From assembly GCA_011109175.1 (NCBI GenBank), contig RDEW01000038.1, positions 69,616-133,615 on the forward strand: a stretch of 64,000 nt of DNA, given 5' to 3'. The notes beneath the pieces are model-generated. The model saw only the letters and a list, made by a program, of their open reading frames with translations. It was not told the DNA's origin and ran no database searches. The stretch is from Dicyema japonicum (Eukaryota > Animalia > Dicyemida). This document shows positions 1 through 12,232 of the stretch, piece by piece. Both the position numbers and the translations under genes were made by a program. The stretch's first letter is position 1, and every line of letters begins with the position of its first letter.

Positions 1-967
1 GGTGATGGTCTGATTCCAAGCACTAACAAGTATTATATTAAGCTATTTTATTTAGAGCAAGGGTCATCATATCTCACAAAAATAAGAAAGTAAAGTTTAA
101 TTTATCCAATCATAATGTATAATTATCTCACATATAAGAATAATGATACAAGTGCCTCATACAGTATAGGTTGTTTTAGCAACTTTTTAAGACTCCGAGC
201 AAACAAAATGACCATTTTGAATGTACTAAATATATTATAAGTAGTAAATATTGCTGATTTTATTAATCCATACACTAAAGTGTGGAAAAACTGAATGGTT
301 TGGCTGATAACTCTATGAAATAGATCGTAATCGACCTGTTTTAATATATGCGCTAGATATCAAGAGGATTATCTATGATCTCATGAGTAGATCTCAGAAA
401 AATACAGATTCCCATACCCCGTAATTATTGTAATTATCTAAAGATACTACCAAGGACTCCAAACCCGGAGAGCAAGATGGGGTAAATTACTATTTTTGTT
501 GCGAGGAAATATTTAATTCGATGGAATTCATTGAATTTGGATTTTACAAAAAACATAAATACGGAATTTCAGCTGAAGAAGTCAACCGAGTTTTGGAAGT
601 ATAAGCATAACTTTTTAAAGAGCGGCCGAATTTGTCTTTTGGAAATACGGCCAGAGTCAATAATGTATCTCCAATGTGAAAACATCTTCCCAGTCGTTAT
701 ATTCATTAGAACTCCATCATATGAGGAAGCCAAGTTTGCAAGCTGTGTCGATTAATAGATAGATTATACATTCAGGAAGACAAAATATTTATGAAGCATA
801 CAAGGATAATCTCTTCTTTTGAAAAAATCTACTCACATCTGTTTACAGGTCTTTCTTATGTTATTTTAGAAATTATTGAAGAAACGAATTCATCTGAGAT
901 GCAGAAAATGGTTGAAGAGGCCATCGAGCGTCATATTCACAATAAATATGTATGGATCCATACTTAG
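1..967 (+). CDS. MAGUK-family protein, C-terminal part (SH3 end, HOOK, guanylate-kinase-like domain); 5' truncated by window
   Basis: Manual splicing gives GLIPS (SH3 end), YTTRTPNPGEQDGVNYYF, ICLLEIRPESI, FPVVIFIRTPS and terminal YVWIHT* (TAG 965-967). Tiny introns, e.g. 30-55 (26 nt). At least one apparent 1-nt indel. Confidence 0.8.
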
Positions 968-1084
968 TAGGAAATAATCTTTATTTTAAATTCTAAATAA
1001 ACGTTTGTTCTTTTTACTATTGAAATTATGGTCATCTAGTGTTTTTTTACTACATCCCCGGATGAATCTAGTCTAACGGATTGA

Positions 1085-2325
1085 CCCTTCTAAGCTTCAT
1101 TAACCTAAAGAAATAGTCTTCCCTTGGAGATCGTTTCCGCTTTGTCCCAAAAAAACTCTTGAGTGGTTGAAGGAATGGATAACTGAATCGTAAACGAAAT
1201 CGGGAAAACGATTGCGGCACAACTTAAAGACTCAAATAAAACAATTTTTATTGAAAAATAGCATATTTGTTGCGAATCGGGAATTTATCTCGTTCCTTTT
1301 TGAACTATTTTAAAGAGGATAACCCTGGGATTTTTGTGAAGTGGACGTTTCCAACGCCTTCAATTCGGTGAGGAGGGCCATCTTCTGAAACCGTTTGAGG
1401 AGAGATCCAAGAATTATCCAGATTACGAACCTCGCATACGGTACTCCAACCCATCTCATTATTGGTGATGATCTCATTAAATCATCGACTGGGATCCAAC
1501 AAGGTGATCCTCTTGGTCCGCTTCTTTTACGTTGGCAATGGATGAGGATGCCCATTTGTTTGTGACGGCTTTCAATTGTTGGTATTTGGACCATACTACG
1601 ATTGGTGGATCTTCCGAGAAGGTTATGAATAGTCTTGAAATACTTTTTTTCTTAGCAGTTATGGACTCGAGATTAATGCGAGAAAATCTAAAATTTGTAA
1701 TCTGGGACTCTCTCTAGATGAATTCTTTAAATCATGATGCTGGATAATATCTTTTTTTCCCATGTTGTTATTACCGATGTGGAACATCTTATTGTATTGG
1801 GCTCCCCCATTTCCAAAGAGATTATCCCTCGTATTCTTAATAGAAAAAATTCGGAGATTAGCGGAACCACCGTTAATCTTCTTGAACTTGATCCACCTGA
1901 TGTTTTTTATTGAAGAATTATTTTTTCCTTCCAATGCTAATGTTTTTGACACTTTGCTCTCCTTGCTACCTCTTTCCGAAAAGTCTGGAGAAATTCAATA
2001 TTCTTATCTCCAAGACTATTGAAGAAATTTTTAATATAAATTTTAACAAAATTTGATTGAAGCAAGCTTTTTGACCTGTCAGATTTGGGGGCATCGACCT
2101 AACTTCTGTTGTGGACGTTTTCTTACCATCCTTCATGTCCTTTTATCGTACAACGCGTTTCTCATCCTGACTATTCTTTCAGATTTCTGCAAGTCGGTTC
2201 TGGACGACGAGATTGCTGATGGGTTGAAGAGATGGTTGGTGGCTTTCGAAGAAACCTCTCTTGATACACACCCACTGAGAAACTGGACCAACATTCTTAA
2301 CAAAAATACTCATTCGACCCTTATG
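1085..2325 (+). mobile_element. Degenerate CRE-like (RLE-type) non-LTR retrotransposon, RT fragment
   Basis: GIQQGDPLGPLL and WYLDHTTIGG RT motifs with many stops/frameshifts; related to 61341-62772. Boundaries approximate. Confidence 0.75.
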
Positions 2326-2334
2326 GAAACGAAT

Positions 2335-2410
2335 TTGTCAGGGAAACAGCCATTCCATTCTATCAGCTGGATTATTTTGATTGTCTTGTTTCGTAAGAAA
2401 TTGTTTTCTT
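2335..2410 (+). repeat. Partial copy (3' half) of hairpin repeat family F5
   Basis: 'cagctggattattttgattgtcttg...aaattg...aaaaaaa' matches 50295-50350. Confidence 0.6.
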
Positions 2411-2479
2411 TAAAAAAACATATACGTTTGTCAAAAGTTAACAGCAGCATAAATAGAATCATATAAACTATTATCATCT

Positions 2480-3706
2480 TATACGTGAAACATCTGTCAG
2501 GTAATCAATCCTCATATACTTCCACTTTTGGGGCAGGCTTGATTTGAAACCGGATACTTCACGTATCCAACACTTGATCTGGATTCCAACAGGGCAACCC
2601 CCTTGGCCCTTTACTTTTCTCCCTGGGGATCGATTGTACAGCTTCAGGGATCAGAACTCCAATGAACTTATAATACCTGGATGATTCAAGGGAATTGGTA
2701 AATTGATGTGGCAGAGGTCAAGTCCCCTATCTCTGCTCTTGCATCACTCGGATTGGAGAGAATCCATCAAAATGTGAAATCATTAACATTGCTTGCTCAG
2801 AAGAAGACTTTAATCATGCACTGGCTACGATTTCGATTTACCTTCAAGATGTCACAGTCACCCATTTTCTTCGGCCTCTCCTCTATATAGAAGAAAAGAT
2901 CAACTCTCCTTTAAGAGAAATACGCATCTGTTTAACTATTCACATCTCACTTGAAAAATCTGGATTCTCACATGGCGTTATTTTTCTTCTCTTTTTTTCT
3001 ACGGAACAGTCCCTTGTTTCACGGATATGGAATTCCTAAGAGCCATCGACAAGGGGCTGAAGACTTGCGTAGAAGAAACACTTATCATTTCTTTTGATAA
3101 AACTGGCTGGATCCAATGCAAATTACCGCTTCGCTATTGAGGATTCGGGATGTGCTCACAACTCGAACTCGTCTTCTCGGCCTTTCTATCTTAGGCCTAT
3201 GCTTTCACTGGTCTCATGCGTAAGATCCTACGCTATGTTAACGGAGTGGACGCTGAACCACTGGAAGAAGTCCAAGATACAGTGCCATCAACGGAGTTAT
3301 TGCGTGGGGAGTAAAAGCGGCCGGATTCTCTGTCCAGTTGGAGCCTGTCGGATTGGCCTCAGCCAACAAAAGGCCTGACGAAACAACTCTCTTCCAATGG
3401 GAAAGTGGTAGATACCGCGCCTGGTACGCCGCATGTGTGAATAACCTCTCTCCCTCCAACCTTGCTATGACTGCAATTAACCCAGGTTCAGCCTCTAAAA
3501 AGGCTGAGACCTTAAAGATGAAAAAATACAAATGTCTCGGTGGACAGTTCATTTTTTAACCAGTCGCCGTGGAATCATAGGAAGAAGGTTACTGACCCTG
3601 CTAAACAGAATCGGATCGCTCATCGCGAAGAGGAAAATGATAGAAGAGATAGGAACTGGCTCATTGAGTCATTTTCTTACAAATCGTCAGGGGAAATGCG
3701 TTCTCA
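2480..3706 (+). mobile_element. Second degenerate CRE-like element: RT remnant plus restriction-like endonuclease and 3' end
   Basis: Second QQGNPLGPLLF motif near 2580; RPDETTLFQWESG...KKAETLKMKKYKCLGGQFIF endonuclease; terminal QGKCVL-like segment similar to 49870-50110. Confidence 0.75.
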
Positions 3707-3950
3707 TTTATTTATTTATTCAACAACCCAAGACCACAGTAAAACTAAACTAATTATCACGTGATCCAGATGCATTTCAACAGCGACCTCATCTTTGCCC
3801 GAGGTTCTTCCCTCTTGTCCGCACATGAACGTACAGGACGGTTGACTGATTTTTCGGAGCAGAATTTTCCCGTAATCTGGAGTCTAGTCTCCCAAAGGCG
3901 TCGGTTCGTTTCGGTGATCTCCAACGCTTTGTTACCACTGATTATTTCTT
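3707..3950 (-). mobile_element. 3' end of Jockey/I-like LINE family F2 with stem-loop and (TAAA)n tail
   Basis: Reverse complement matches the LINE end at 24560-24714 and copies at 17348, 33600 and 34780. Confidence 0.8.
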
Positions 3951-4439
3951 AGATAATCGCTGTGATCTGTCCAAAATATCTTCTTTAGCCATTTCAACCC
4001 TTTTCACACTTAATGGCTTTTTTGACTTAAAATTAAATTTTTTTTTTTGAAGGAAAAAAGGACCGATCCCTCGAAGCAAAACTTAGAGATTATTAATGAT
4101 TTAGTGATAAACTGGTCTTATCAACCAGGACAGTATCAACAGCCTGGACGCTATGACATAAGAAAATAAATGTCCATAAATTTTTTATTTGACGAAAATC
4201 TGTTTTGTATATTAAGCAATTAATTTATTACGGAAAAGGCCCTGACTGTGCGACTATTCCCTCTCATAATGGCAATTTTTTGTAACTTCTAAGAACCAAT
4301 GGTTTGTCGAAAAGCACAGCAAACACAATGCAAGGATTCCAAATACGAACAATACATAGAAAAATTATATTAAAAATGACTTTATTACATAATTTGCTAT
4401 GATCTTGCAGAGGAATTTTCATCTGCAAATATACCGTTT

Positions 4440-4880
4440 TACAAGCTATGAAGTTTTGCAATCATAAACTTTTTCGACAAATATGGTGATTCTTTTCCTT
4501 TGGAAATTAAATTTCGTACATGAAATCGATCGAGAAAACGACGGTTTTGAGGTGGCGAGGATTTGTGTTAAAGCCTTCAAGGATAAATTGGTTGAGGAAG
4601 TGAGGTGTGTAGATGCTGAATAACCCTTTCTGAATCCAGGTTGTGACGATGAAAAAGTAAGGGACGGGGTTATAAGATTAAAAACTGTCCTACCCAATGA
4701 TTTTTTGTTCTTTCCGATCACCGCTGTGACTTCCAATTCCCTTGCACCTGCGACGCTTGGAATTCTTGAGTCGTCTATTGAATCGGTTTTCTACACGATC
4801 AGGAGATCCCCGTGAGCGCTGATGGTTATTTGAGCGGTTCTCACTCGCCATCCTGAAAGGGAATAGCCACGCAGTCAGGG
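4440..4880 (-). mobile_element. Jockey/I-like RT fragment joined to a GCGTGGC-containing 5' segment
   Basis: Minus strand reads SSSQPGFRKGYSASTHLTS...FILEGFN...TVVFSIDF, like the RT at 5400-5560. Segment 4845-4876 is shared with 54630-54661. Confidence 0.65.
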
Positions 4881-5059
4881 TACCCGCTATATGACTATTT
4901 GCTTACTTTTTTCCTTAATAAATTAATTAGAAGGATCAATAGCCTTATCAATGAGGAGGACTGCGGAACTGAGGTCGTTGCCCGCTCGCAAACTTGCAAA
5001 CAAAATTATAAAGTACTACGTATCGATCAGCCATAAAAATTTTTCTCGCTCTCCACATG

Positions 5060-6300
5060 TTGAACGGCGCGGGCCGCAACAAGAACCGTATTCCACCTTT
5101 TCACCCCCATGATGTTGACAAGGCTATTAAATTGCTACGTCCCACTCGTTCTTGTGGTCCTGATAGTATTTGTACTATTCACCTCAAACACCTTGGACTT
5201 CAGGCACGGGCCATACTATCAAGACTGTACAACGACTCTATCAACTACTCTATCACTACCATACGCTACCTAATATATTGAAGAATTCCCTGATTACGCC
5301 AATTCTAAAGCTTGAAAAACTAAAAGACGTTCCTTCTTCTTACCGCCCCGTCTCAATAATTTGTGTTTTATCAAAGTGCTGGAAAAGCTTGTATTAATGC
5401 GTATCTCTCCTGTTTTACATCTACCAGAATTTCAACATGGTTTCAGGGCAGACCGTTCTACAACGACTCATTTGGATTCTATCTCCCAGTTTATTACTGA
5501 CGGCTTCAACATGGGAACACACTTACGGACGGCCTTAGTATCCATCGATATACAGAAGTCCTTTGATTCTGTTCCGAGGAAACTCCTAACGCATAAGATT
5601 TTTAATTCTAACTTACATCCGAACATCAAGCTATGGTTGGAAAATTTCTCAACTGGGCGACGCAGAAGGGTCCGGATCCACTTCAAAATCAAGACTACTC
5701 CCCAATGGGGTCCCGCAAGGCTCCCCTTTATCTTGTCTCCTTTTCAACCTATTTCTACATGACCTACTTACTACCAATGACCAGGACACTATGTTTTTAT
5801 CCTATGCGGACGACTTAATTATCGCTGCAAGAGATAAATCTCCTTCAGTGGCTGTAGCAATTGTTCAGTCACAACTAAACCGGGATGTGACTGGCTATCT
5901 GCAAATATGTTGTGTGTGTCAGCACCTAAATCCCAGTTCACCATTTTCACTACTGATAGAAGATTTAAGGATGGACTCGAACTGTTTTTGGAGATACTTT
6001 TATCCCTTCTACGCAGAACCAAAAGATCCTTGAGGTAGTTTTCGACTCTCTGATGACGTTCTCGAGTCACGTGGAGGAGGTGCTTGCCAAGGGTCTTCGG
6101 AAATGGAATATTTTAAAAGCGATCATAAAACTCGCTAGGGATTATCCGGGTCAGGAAACATCTAAACCAGGAATGCACATTAAATGTGAGGAATGTATAT
6201 TCGCTACAAACCATGGAAAATGGATCGTGGAGGAGCATTTAGGGAGAATATTCTGTGGCGTCCCGCCCGGGTTACCCATCCAGTGCTGGTTACATTTCAC
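5060..6300 (+). mobile_element. Degenerate Jockey/I-like LINE reverse transcriptase
   Basis: CGPD, YRPVS, FQHGFR, SIDIQKSFDSV, GVPQGSPL and YADD motifs across frameshifts. Confidence 0.85.
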
Positions 6301-6449
6301 CTGTCAATCCACATGTCACCTGTCATTTCTTATCAAAAATCAAAGAATTTATTTTTTTTCTTAAAGTCTATATTTTCTTGACTCGACTCGTTGACAATTT
6401 TCAATTCTCCTGATCCTGCCATAATCTGTGATAAAAAATTAAATAAACC

Positions 6450-6800
6450 TCTATTCGGTTGTCTTTGACAATTCTTTCAATAATTTTCCGTTTTATTGAA
6501 AAATAGGAGTGCAATCATTCTTGCTACAGTTTATGAATCCCCGAATGACTATTTCTATGGATAGACTCCGCAATAGTTCTCAATACAGACTCGTTATCCA
6601 TGAAAATAACTAGTCTGTGTTTTTCAAATTTTCCGTCCTTGAGGTATAATCGAACATCAATGACAATAAAATTCTTGGATTTTTTGATTAATTTGTATTT
6701 CGCTTGTCTTGAAGATTTCTGTACAGGATCACCATTTAGAATGCTCACTATATATTGATATTCCATAATATTTTTGACAAAGCCTATTATCATCATATAA
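6450..6800 (-). mobile_element. Possible integrase zinc-binding (H2C2) remnant, Gypsy/Ginger-like
   Basis: IAESIHRNSHSGIHKL fits the HxxxHxG half of the motif; intronless and disrupted; no DDE core seen. Confidence 0.35.
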
Positions 6801-7099
6801 AAAGATAAACATTTTGTAGAGCATATGTTGAATATTTATATGTCCGACACGATTAAAAATGATCAAAGCCATATTAAGTATGACACCTGACATGTGGTTT
6901 GACAGTTGATTGACAGGTGACATGTAATTAGTGTGGGATGAGTCGCCACCACGGGACGCGACAAAATAATTACTCACCTTATACATGCAAAATAATGAAA
7001 AGGTTTAGAGACCACAACTGAGGACACTTAATTATACATTTCAGAAGCAGAAACAAATAGTTATAGGATTATTATCATGAATTTGACTAAAACCTCTAT

Positions 7100-7419
7100 T
7101 AAGCTATTACTAACCAGGATACACCAAGAAAGAAGTTAAAAACTAATCAAGTGTATCCAGTTCCCACTATAATAGAAACAGAGTCCTTCCAATGTCATAC
7201 AAGTCCATCCAGAATCACCATAAGAGGTGGATGACGCCATTCCTTGCAGCTTTGAGAACTCCTCCAGTGGAATGGGAAAGAGTAAATGATCCTTTTTCGT
7301 GCAATCTGAGACAGGTGGATCATATAACGCCACTCTATTAAAAAAGAAGAAGAAAAAGAAACAAACAAAAAATATTAATCAAGTAGCCATATAGCATCAC
7401 ACTAACGTTGGCTTCACGC
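7100..7419 (-). mobile_element. Short non-autonomous retroelement, family F1
   Basis: Similar to 10758-11005 and 46630-46942; GGATACAC/GTGTATCC hairpin; flanked by gact(a/g)aaacctctat at 7085-7099 and 7420-7434. Confidence 0.8.
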
Positions 7420-7432
7420 GACTGAAACCTCT

Positions 7433-7761
7433 ATAATAATACTGCATTTTCTGAAGATCCATATTTGCTATAGTTCCTCCCAGGTAGGACACATCTTATT
7501 TTAATTAAAAAACAGTTATCATAACTAATAGATGAGGGAGAACCAAGGAATGCTCTTTACTTATTTTTTCTTTTGGATGTGAGTCATTTTGTAGACAATC
7601 CGTTTCCGCGATGATATTTTCACTGATGATGACGTCACTCATCTTTTTCACTGATGATATTTTCAAAGCCGAAGCATCGTAGATGCGTGGAGCCTTCAGC
7701 CAAAATGTACAGCAACAAGACTCGAAATAAGAAGAATTTCCCGGCACTCGGTACACTATGC
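7433..7761 (-). mobile_element. tRNA-like SINE, family S1
   Basis: Body motifs tgacg..cgtca and gcatc-tac-gatgc, (TAT)n tail, flanking repeat gactgaaacctct at 7420-7432 and 7762-7774. Confidence 0.75.
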
Positions 7762-7887
7762 GACTGAAACCTCTGAACAGAAAAATCATATCGTCGAAGA
7801 AATTTAATTAACTAAAAACATAATTTTGATATTAATATTTATTAAAATTATAAACTAATAAAAATAACCTAGAATCTATGGTTACTA

Positions 7888-8836
7888 ATGAACCCTACTA
7901 AAGGTATTTTTGAAAATCAAAATTAGAAAAAAAATTAAAGTTTATCGTGGAAAATTCAATTAAAAGCAATAAAAATCTACAAAATAAATATCAAAATGAT
8001 ACAATCGTAAATAATTACAAAGAACTGGCTAGGCCTATGGTAGAATTTAAAAAAGTAAATATCGAAATAATTTAGAATTTATATAAAAATAAAAAAGAAA
8101 AAAACATCGAATCAAGAAAGTCTTCCTTATTGTTGGGATATGACTGGATTTCAACCATAATTGATTCAAATCCACACTTAGTCGAACATCCGGATGAATA
8201 TTTCGAAAATATCAAAAATTTTAGAGACTACTGTGGTGAAGAAGTAACTCATTCGCATAAACCGTAAAATTAATGGTTTTAAAACTACAGGGAACCCAAA
8301 GAGTCAAAAACTCCAAAAATTTTCACTAATTCGACAAAAAATCCTGAAGTTCACGAATGTAGTTGAGTCTAAACAGTGTTAGGCGTCCATACTTATTACA
8401 TAACAAACCGTCTTTTTGCTATTCCCGTTAACAACGACGATGGCGGGAAAAGTATCTGTGCTATTTGTGAAAATCAAATTCCACGTGACAACTCTGTCTT
8501 CAAACCCATTCACATGAGGTTTAGGTATTCCTAACGTCAGATTGAGTCTTCCTCTGTCATTTCTGGAATTCAATAATTCCTCAATTAAGCCTGTGGAACA
8601 TCGAGGGACCTTGTCCTTACGAGAGGTAGAGTTTTTTAAAACATCAGCAATGTGGTGACGACATAAAACCACGTGACATCTATCAGTTTCTTTCATGTTA
8701 CAAAAACCTGGAAGAAACGTCAAATGATAAAGGAAAAAGGAACAAGGACAAGTGCAAAGTAAATCAAAACGAGCTATCTGAAGATTTAAACTACTATAAG
8801 GAGCAATTGGAGTACTTACGAGCGGCACAAGGTTAA
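7888..8836 (+). CDS. MIIP: MIIP-domain protein (migration and invasion inhibitory protein-like)
   Basis: Manual splicing over six 21-27 nt introns gives LLGYDWIS...EYFENIKNFRD...HECVHTYYITNRLFAIPV...CAIC...LSLPLSFLE, matching remembered MIIP motifs (LLGYDWIAG, HQCVYCYRVNRRLFPVP). Absent from the ORF track; start codon inferred. Confidence 0.75.
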
Positions 8837-9779
8837 ATTACAATTTATTTAGAATATTCATTAAATTGTGAAAAATCAACCCAAGAGGCTGAGAATTATT
8901 CAAATAATGTGGATGGAAAAATTATAGTTGGGAAAAGGTATGAACTCAGTAAAACGATAGAACTGAATTATTGTTGGACATTTCACGATATATGCGTGTA
9001 CAATTGCAACAATTGGACAGAATTAGAGGTGGTTATAACTCATCGGTTAAATATCCTCTATTATAATTTGATTTTGATAAAAATATATTGTTCTAGAATG
9101 AATCGACTACCCATCATTTATTTTGATAAAATTAAAGTCTAGTATTTGCAGCAACCGATAGATTTGTGGTTATGATGTTATATAACAATGGTCCTGGTTT
9201 CGATTCACTCTGTTGGTTAATTGGTCCAGAAATCTTTTTTAGTTCTATCTATTTATTCCTTCTTTCAATTAACGTGGCTTCATGTAATCCATTTGTCTCA
9301 AAAGGCGTCCGATTCAACTACGGCGTCAAAAAATGATTTTTAGTCTGTATAACTGGATCATTTCTTGAAGGGGTTCTGGTTGGACTTATGTACTTGGAAT
9401 ACTAGTCTCTGTGCGAATGTAATCGTGGGGTGGTAGATGTCGCTGCGAAAAAGACCGGTTGACCCGATTGCTAATTGGTTGGAGGATTAAAGTGTTAAAG
9501 TACCTCTATTGCACAGAATGTCTGCATAGCTTCATGATTTCTTCTTCTCGTGAACATGGATGAGGTGGGGGAATTAGGAGACATCGCAAACTCGACGTTG
9601 ATAAGCAAAAGAAGGTGCCTGATCTACGAATTATCTAAGTTTTTCATCAATGATGTCAGCCTTCTGGACTTCATCGGCAAGGTTAGCTCTTCATGTTTTT
9701 TTATGGATTGGTAATTAGTAGAATTCCGAGACTTATAGTCATTTCTTTTGGTGGTTTGATAACCTCAGGATAATGACAC

Positions 9780-10090
9780 CACATTTAGGAAGTACCAAGA
9801 AAGAAGGTAATAGTAACCAAACTAATAAGTGATCCCAGTTCCCATTATCACTCTCGCCATTTTCATCCAGTGCTCATCGATTGATTCCACTGCTTCCCGA
9901 AAGTTTCTGTGCTTCTCCCTACACAGGAAGTTGATGTGGGACGGATCTCTGAGGAAAGGTCTCCATTTTCAGATCGAGCCACGGATGATCATAATGAATT
10001 CCTTCGTATTGACGGCTCCGACGATGAGAGTTCGAATCCGTAAAAAGCGTAGTCTTTTACTGTAAAGAGTTGATTTTGTCCAAAGACGAC
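9780..10090 (-). mobile_element. Diverged LINE 3' end with terminal stem-loop intermediate between F1 and F2/F3 types
   Basis: Minus strand ends gggaactgggatcacttattagtttggttactattaccttctttcttggtac. Confidence 0.5.
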
Positions 10091-10757
10091 GCTCAATAAT
10101 TGGTGTTTTTTTCTGTTTTAGTTCTAAAAAATATTAATAAGCATAAAATTTAGAGTAGTTTTCTCATCAGATTTAGGCTTTGTTTTATTAATTGCACCAT
10201 CAAGTACTGCATACTATTTTTTCAACTCCCCCATAAACTTAGGCAAGGAAAATAAAGTCGAGGGACAGTTAAAATGTCATGAGCCCTCCTCGAATGACCT
10301 GGACTTTTCACTGGTTCATTTCCCCTTAATCTACATATAACACACGAAACAAGGTCACAAGCTTTTTTGCAGAAAGTCATTATCCTCTCCACAGTTCCCT
10401 TAGTAGTTTTTTATGATTTTCATTTAAATTCGAGCCTCAACAAACTTTAAAGCTCATTTTTTTGTTTTTCAGCAGCAAAACGATTCTTTCTTTCCTTGGA
10501 GAAAAAAACTACCATTTGCACCAATATGTAAGTGATGGTAGAACAATTCCTCAAGAAGATAAAGAGAAGAGGATCTTTCATCCTCCGACTTAGGAGCTTT
10601 GGAAAACATAACGTCGCCTGCAAAACTTTATTTAGTCTACTTCAATATCTTCACTTTATTGTCCTTTGCGCAAAAATAATATGCCCGAAAAACAGATTAG
10701 GGACATATTCTCCTCCATCTGTAATTTATAGTCCGAAAATTTCCTGAGTTTGGAAAT

Positions 10758-11005
10758 TTATTTATTATTTATTTATTAACCCCGGATACACCGAGAAAGA
10801 AGTTAAAGTAAACAACTAATTAAGTGTATCCAGTTTCCACTTGTACAGAAACAGAGTCCATCCGGAATCAGCATAAAAGGTAAGACGTCCATTACATGCA
10901 GTTGTGCAAACCCCTCCGGTGGAGTGGGGAAGAGCAAATGATCTTTTTTCGTGCCGGCCTGGCACTGGGCGTCACCTAGACAGGTGGATCACATGAGGCC
11001 ACTCA
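10758..11005 (-). mobile_element. F1 short retroelement, 5'-truncated, with 11-bp TSD
   Basis: TSD agtttggaaat at 10747-10757 and 11006-11016; (TAAA)n tail; 3' hairpin at 10784-10831. Confidence 0.9.
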
Positions 11006-11949
11006 AGTTTGGAAATAAGAATAGGCTTTGTCTTTTCATAGATAAAATCATTCCTTTCTTTTTGCACCAACTACTTTTGACTGACTCACACAGTGCCTGA
11101 GTCTTCATTCGGAAATTTAAAATCCAGTACCTTAGCTATCTCAGAGTTGAGTTAGAAAAGATTGAAGATTATCAGTTCCCCCATCTTAGATAACAAACAT
11201 TTGATTATTGGTCATTACTTCAACTAATCCTTCTTGAGTTATCCCAGTTTCGAAACTATTTCGATAACTGACAAATTCCAAGAGAGGTAACCAAGCCTCA
11301 GGATAGCGTCAAATATGCTTTGAAGGGCTTTAAAGAGACAACCTGATCTCTTTTTGAAAAGTTTCATCCTCCCAAGTCCATTTATAGGACTAACTTTTTT
11401 CCTTTGATTAAAACTAGTTGAACTCAAAGAATTTGTTCACCAAACTATCAAGAGTGACACTTATCGTTAAACTTTAAAGTGTAACCTACTTGAGTCATTG
11501 TCAAGTATGGTGGGACAAAAGGAGCGGGAAGAATTTCATATATGTCCGAGTAGTGTTAGATGTCCTCAATCATTTTATTAATTCAAACTGTTCCAAAGAC
11601 TGATTCGTTGCCTATTTGAGACAATCATACTTTCCAAGGTATTCGTTAATGATTAACATATAGGGTTTCCAGACCAATAGCGTCAGAATCAGAATTATGT
11701 CAGTCTCTGACGGAATTTCTTAATAGCGTCTTGATATCCAATTTACTACTAAGACACACAGAATATTCTTCAATCGTAGCCAGACGAGTTTTCTGTGAAA
11801 TTTCGGCCTCAAGAATTGGGACACCCTGTTACATCCCACACTTCATTTTTTTAGTAGAATTGATGATTAAAACCTCCAGATAGTTTAGTGGTTATAATGC
11901 CACAGTATAACAATGGTTTTGGGTTCTATCTCCTCCACTGGAAACTTAT

Positions 11950-12190
11950 TCGAAGGTTTCTCTTCGTTTCTTCTTTTCCTTGTCTCGGATTCACTAGAGA
12001 GGCACCATGTGATTCAGTGACGCCCAGTGGCAGGATCATTTACTCTATCCCAGTCCATTGGGGGAGGAAGTTCCCACGACTGCAAAGACTGGATGCTTTC
12101 TCTTATCTCCGTTGGTTCTGTATGGACTTGTATGTATTATTGGATGGTCTATCAGTTTCTGCTATCGTGGGAATTGGATACACAAAAAAC
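11950..12190 (+). mobile_element. Diverged F1 copy
   Basis: Pyrimidine tract, gtgacgcccagtg, ggatcatttac and terminal gtgggaattggatacac. Confidence 0.6.
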
Positions 12191-12232
12191 GTAAAAAAAA
12201 CAAGTCAAAAAGATATTTTCGCCAATAAAAAA

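Noticed and set aside
8379-8828. 149-aa minus-strand ORF with Cys/His residues (SWIM-like at first sight)
   Set aside because: It is the antisense shadow of the spliced plus-strand MIIP gene.
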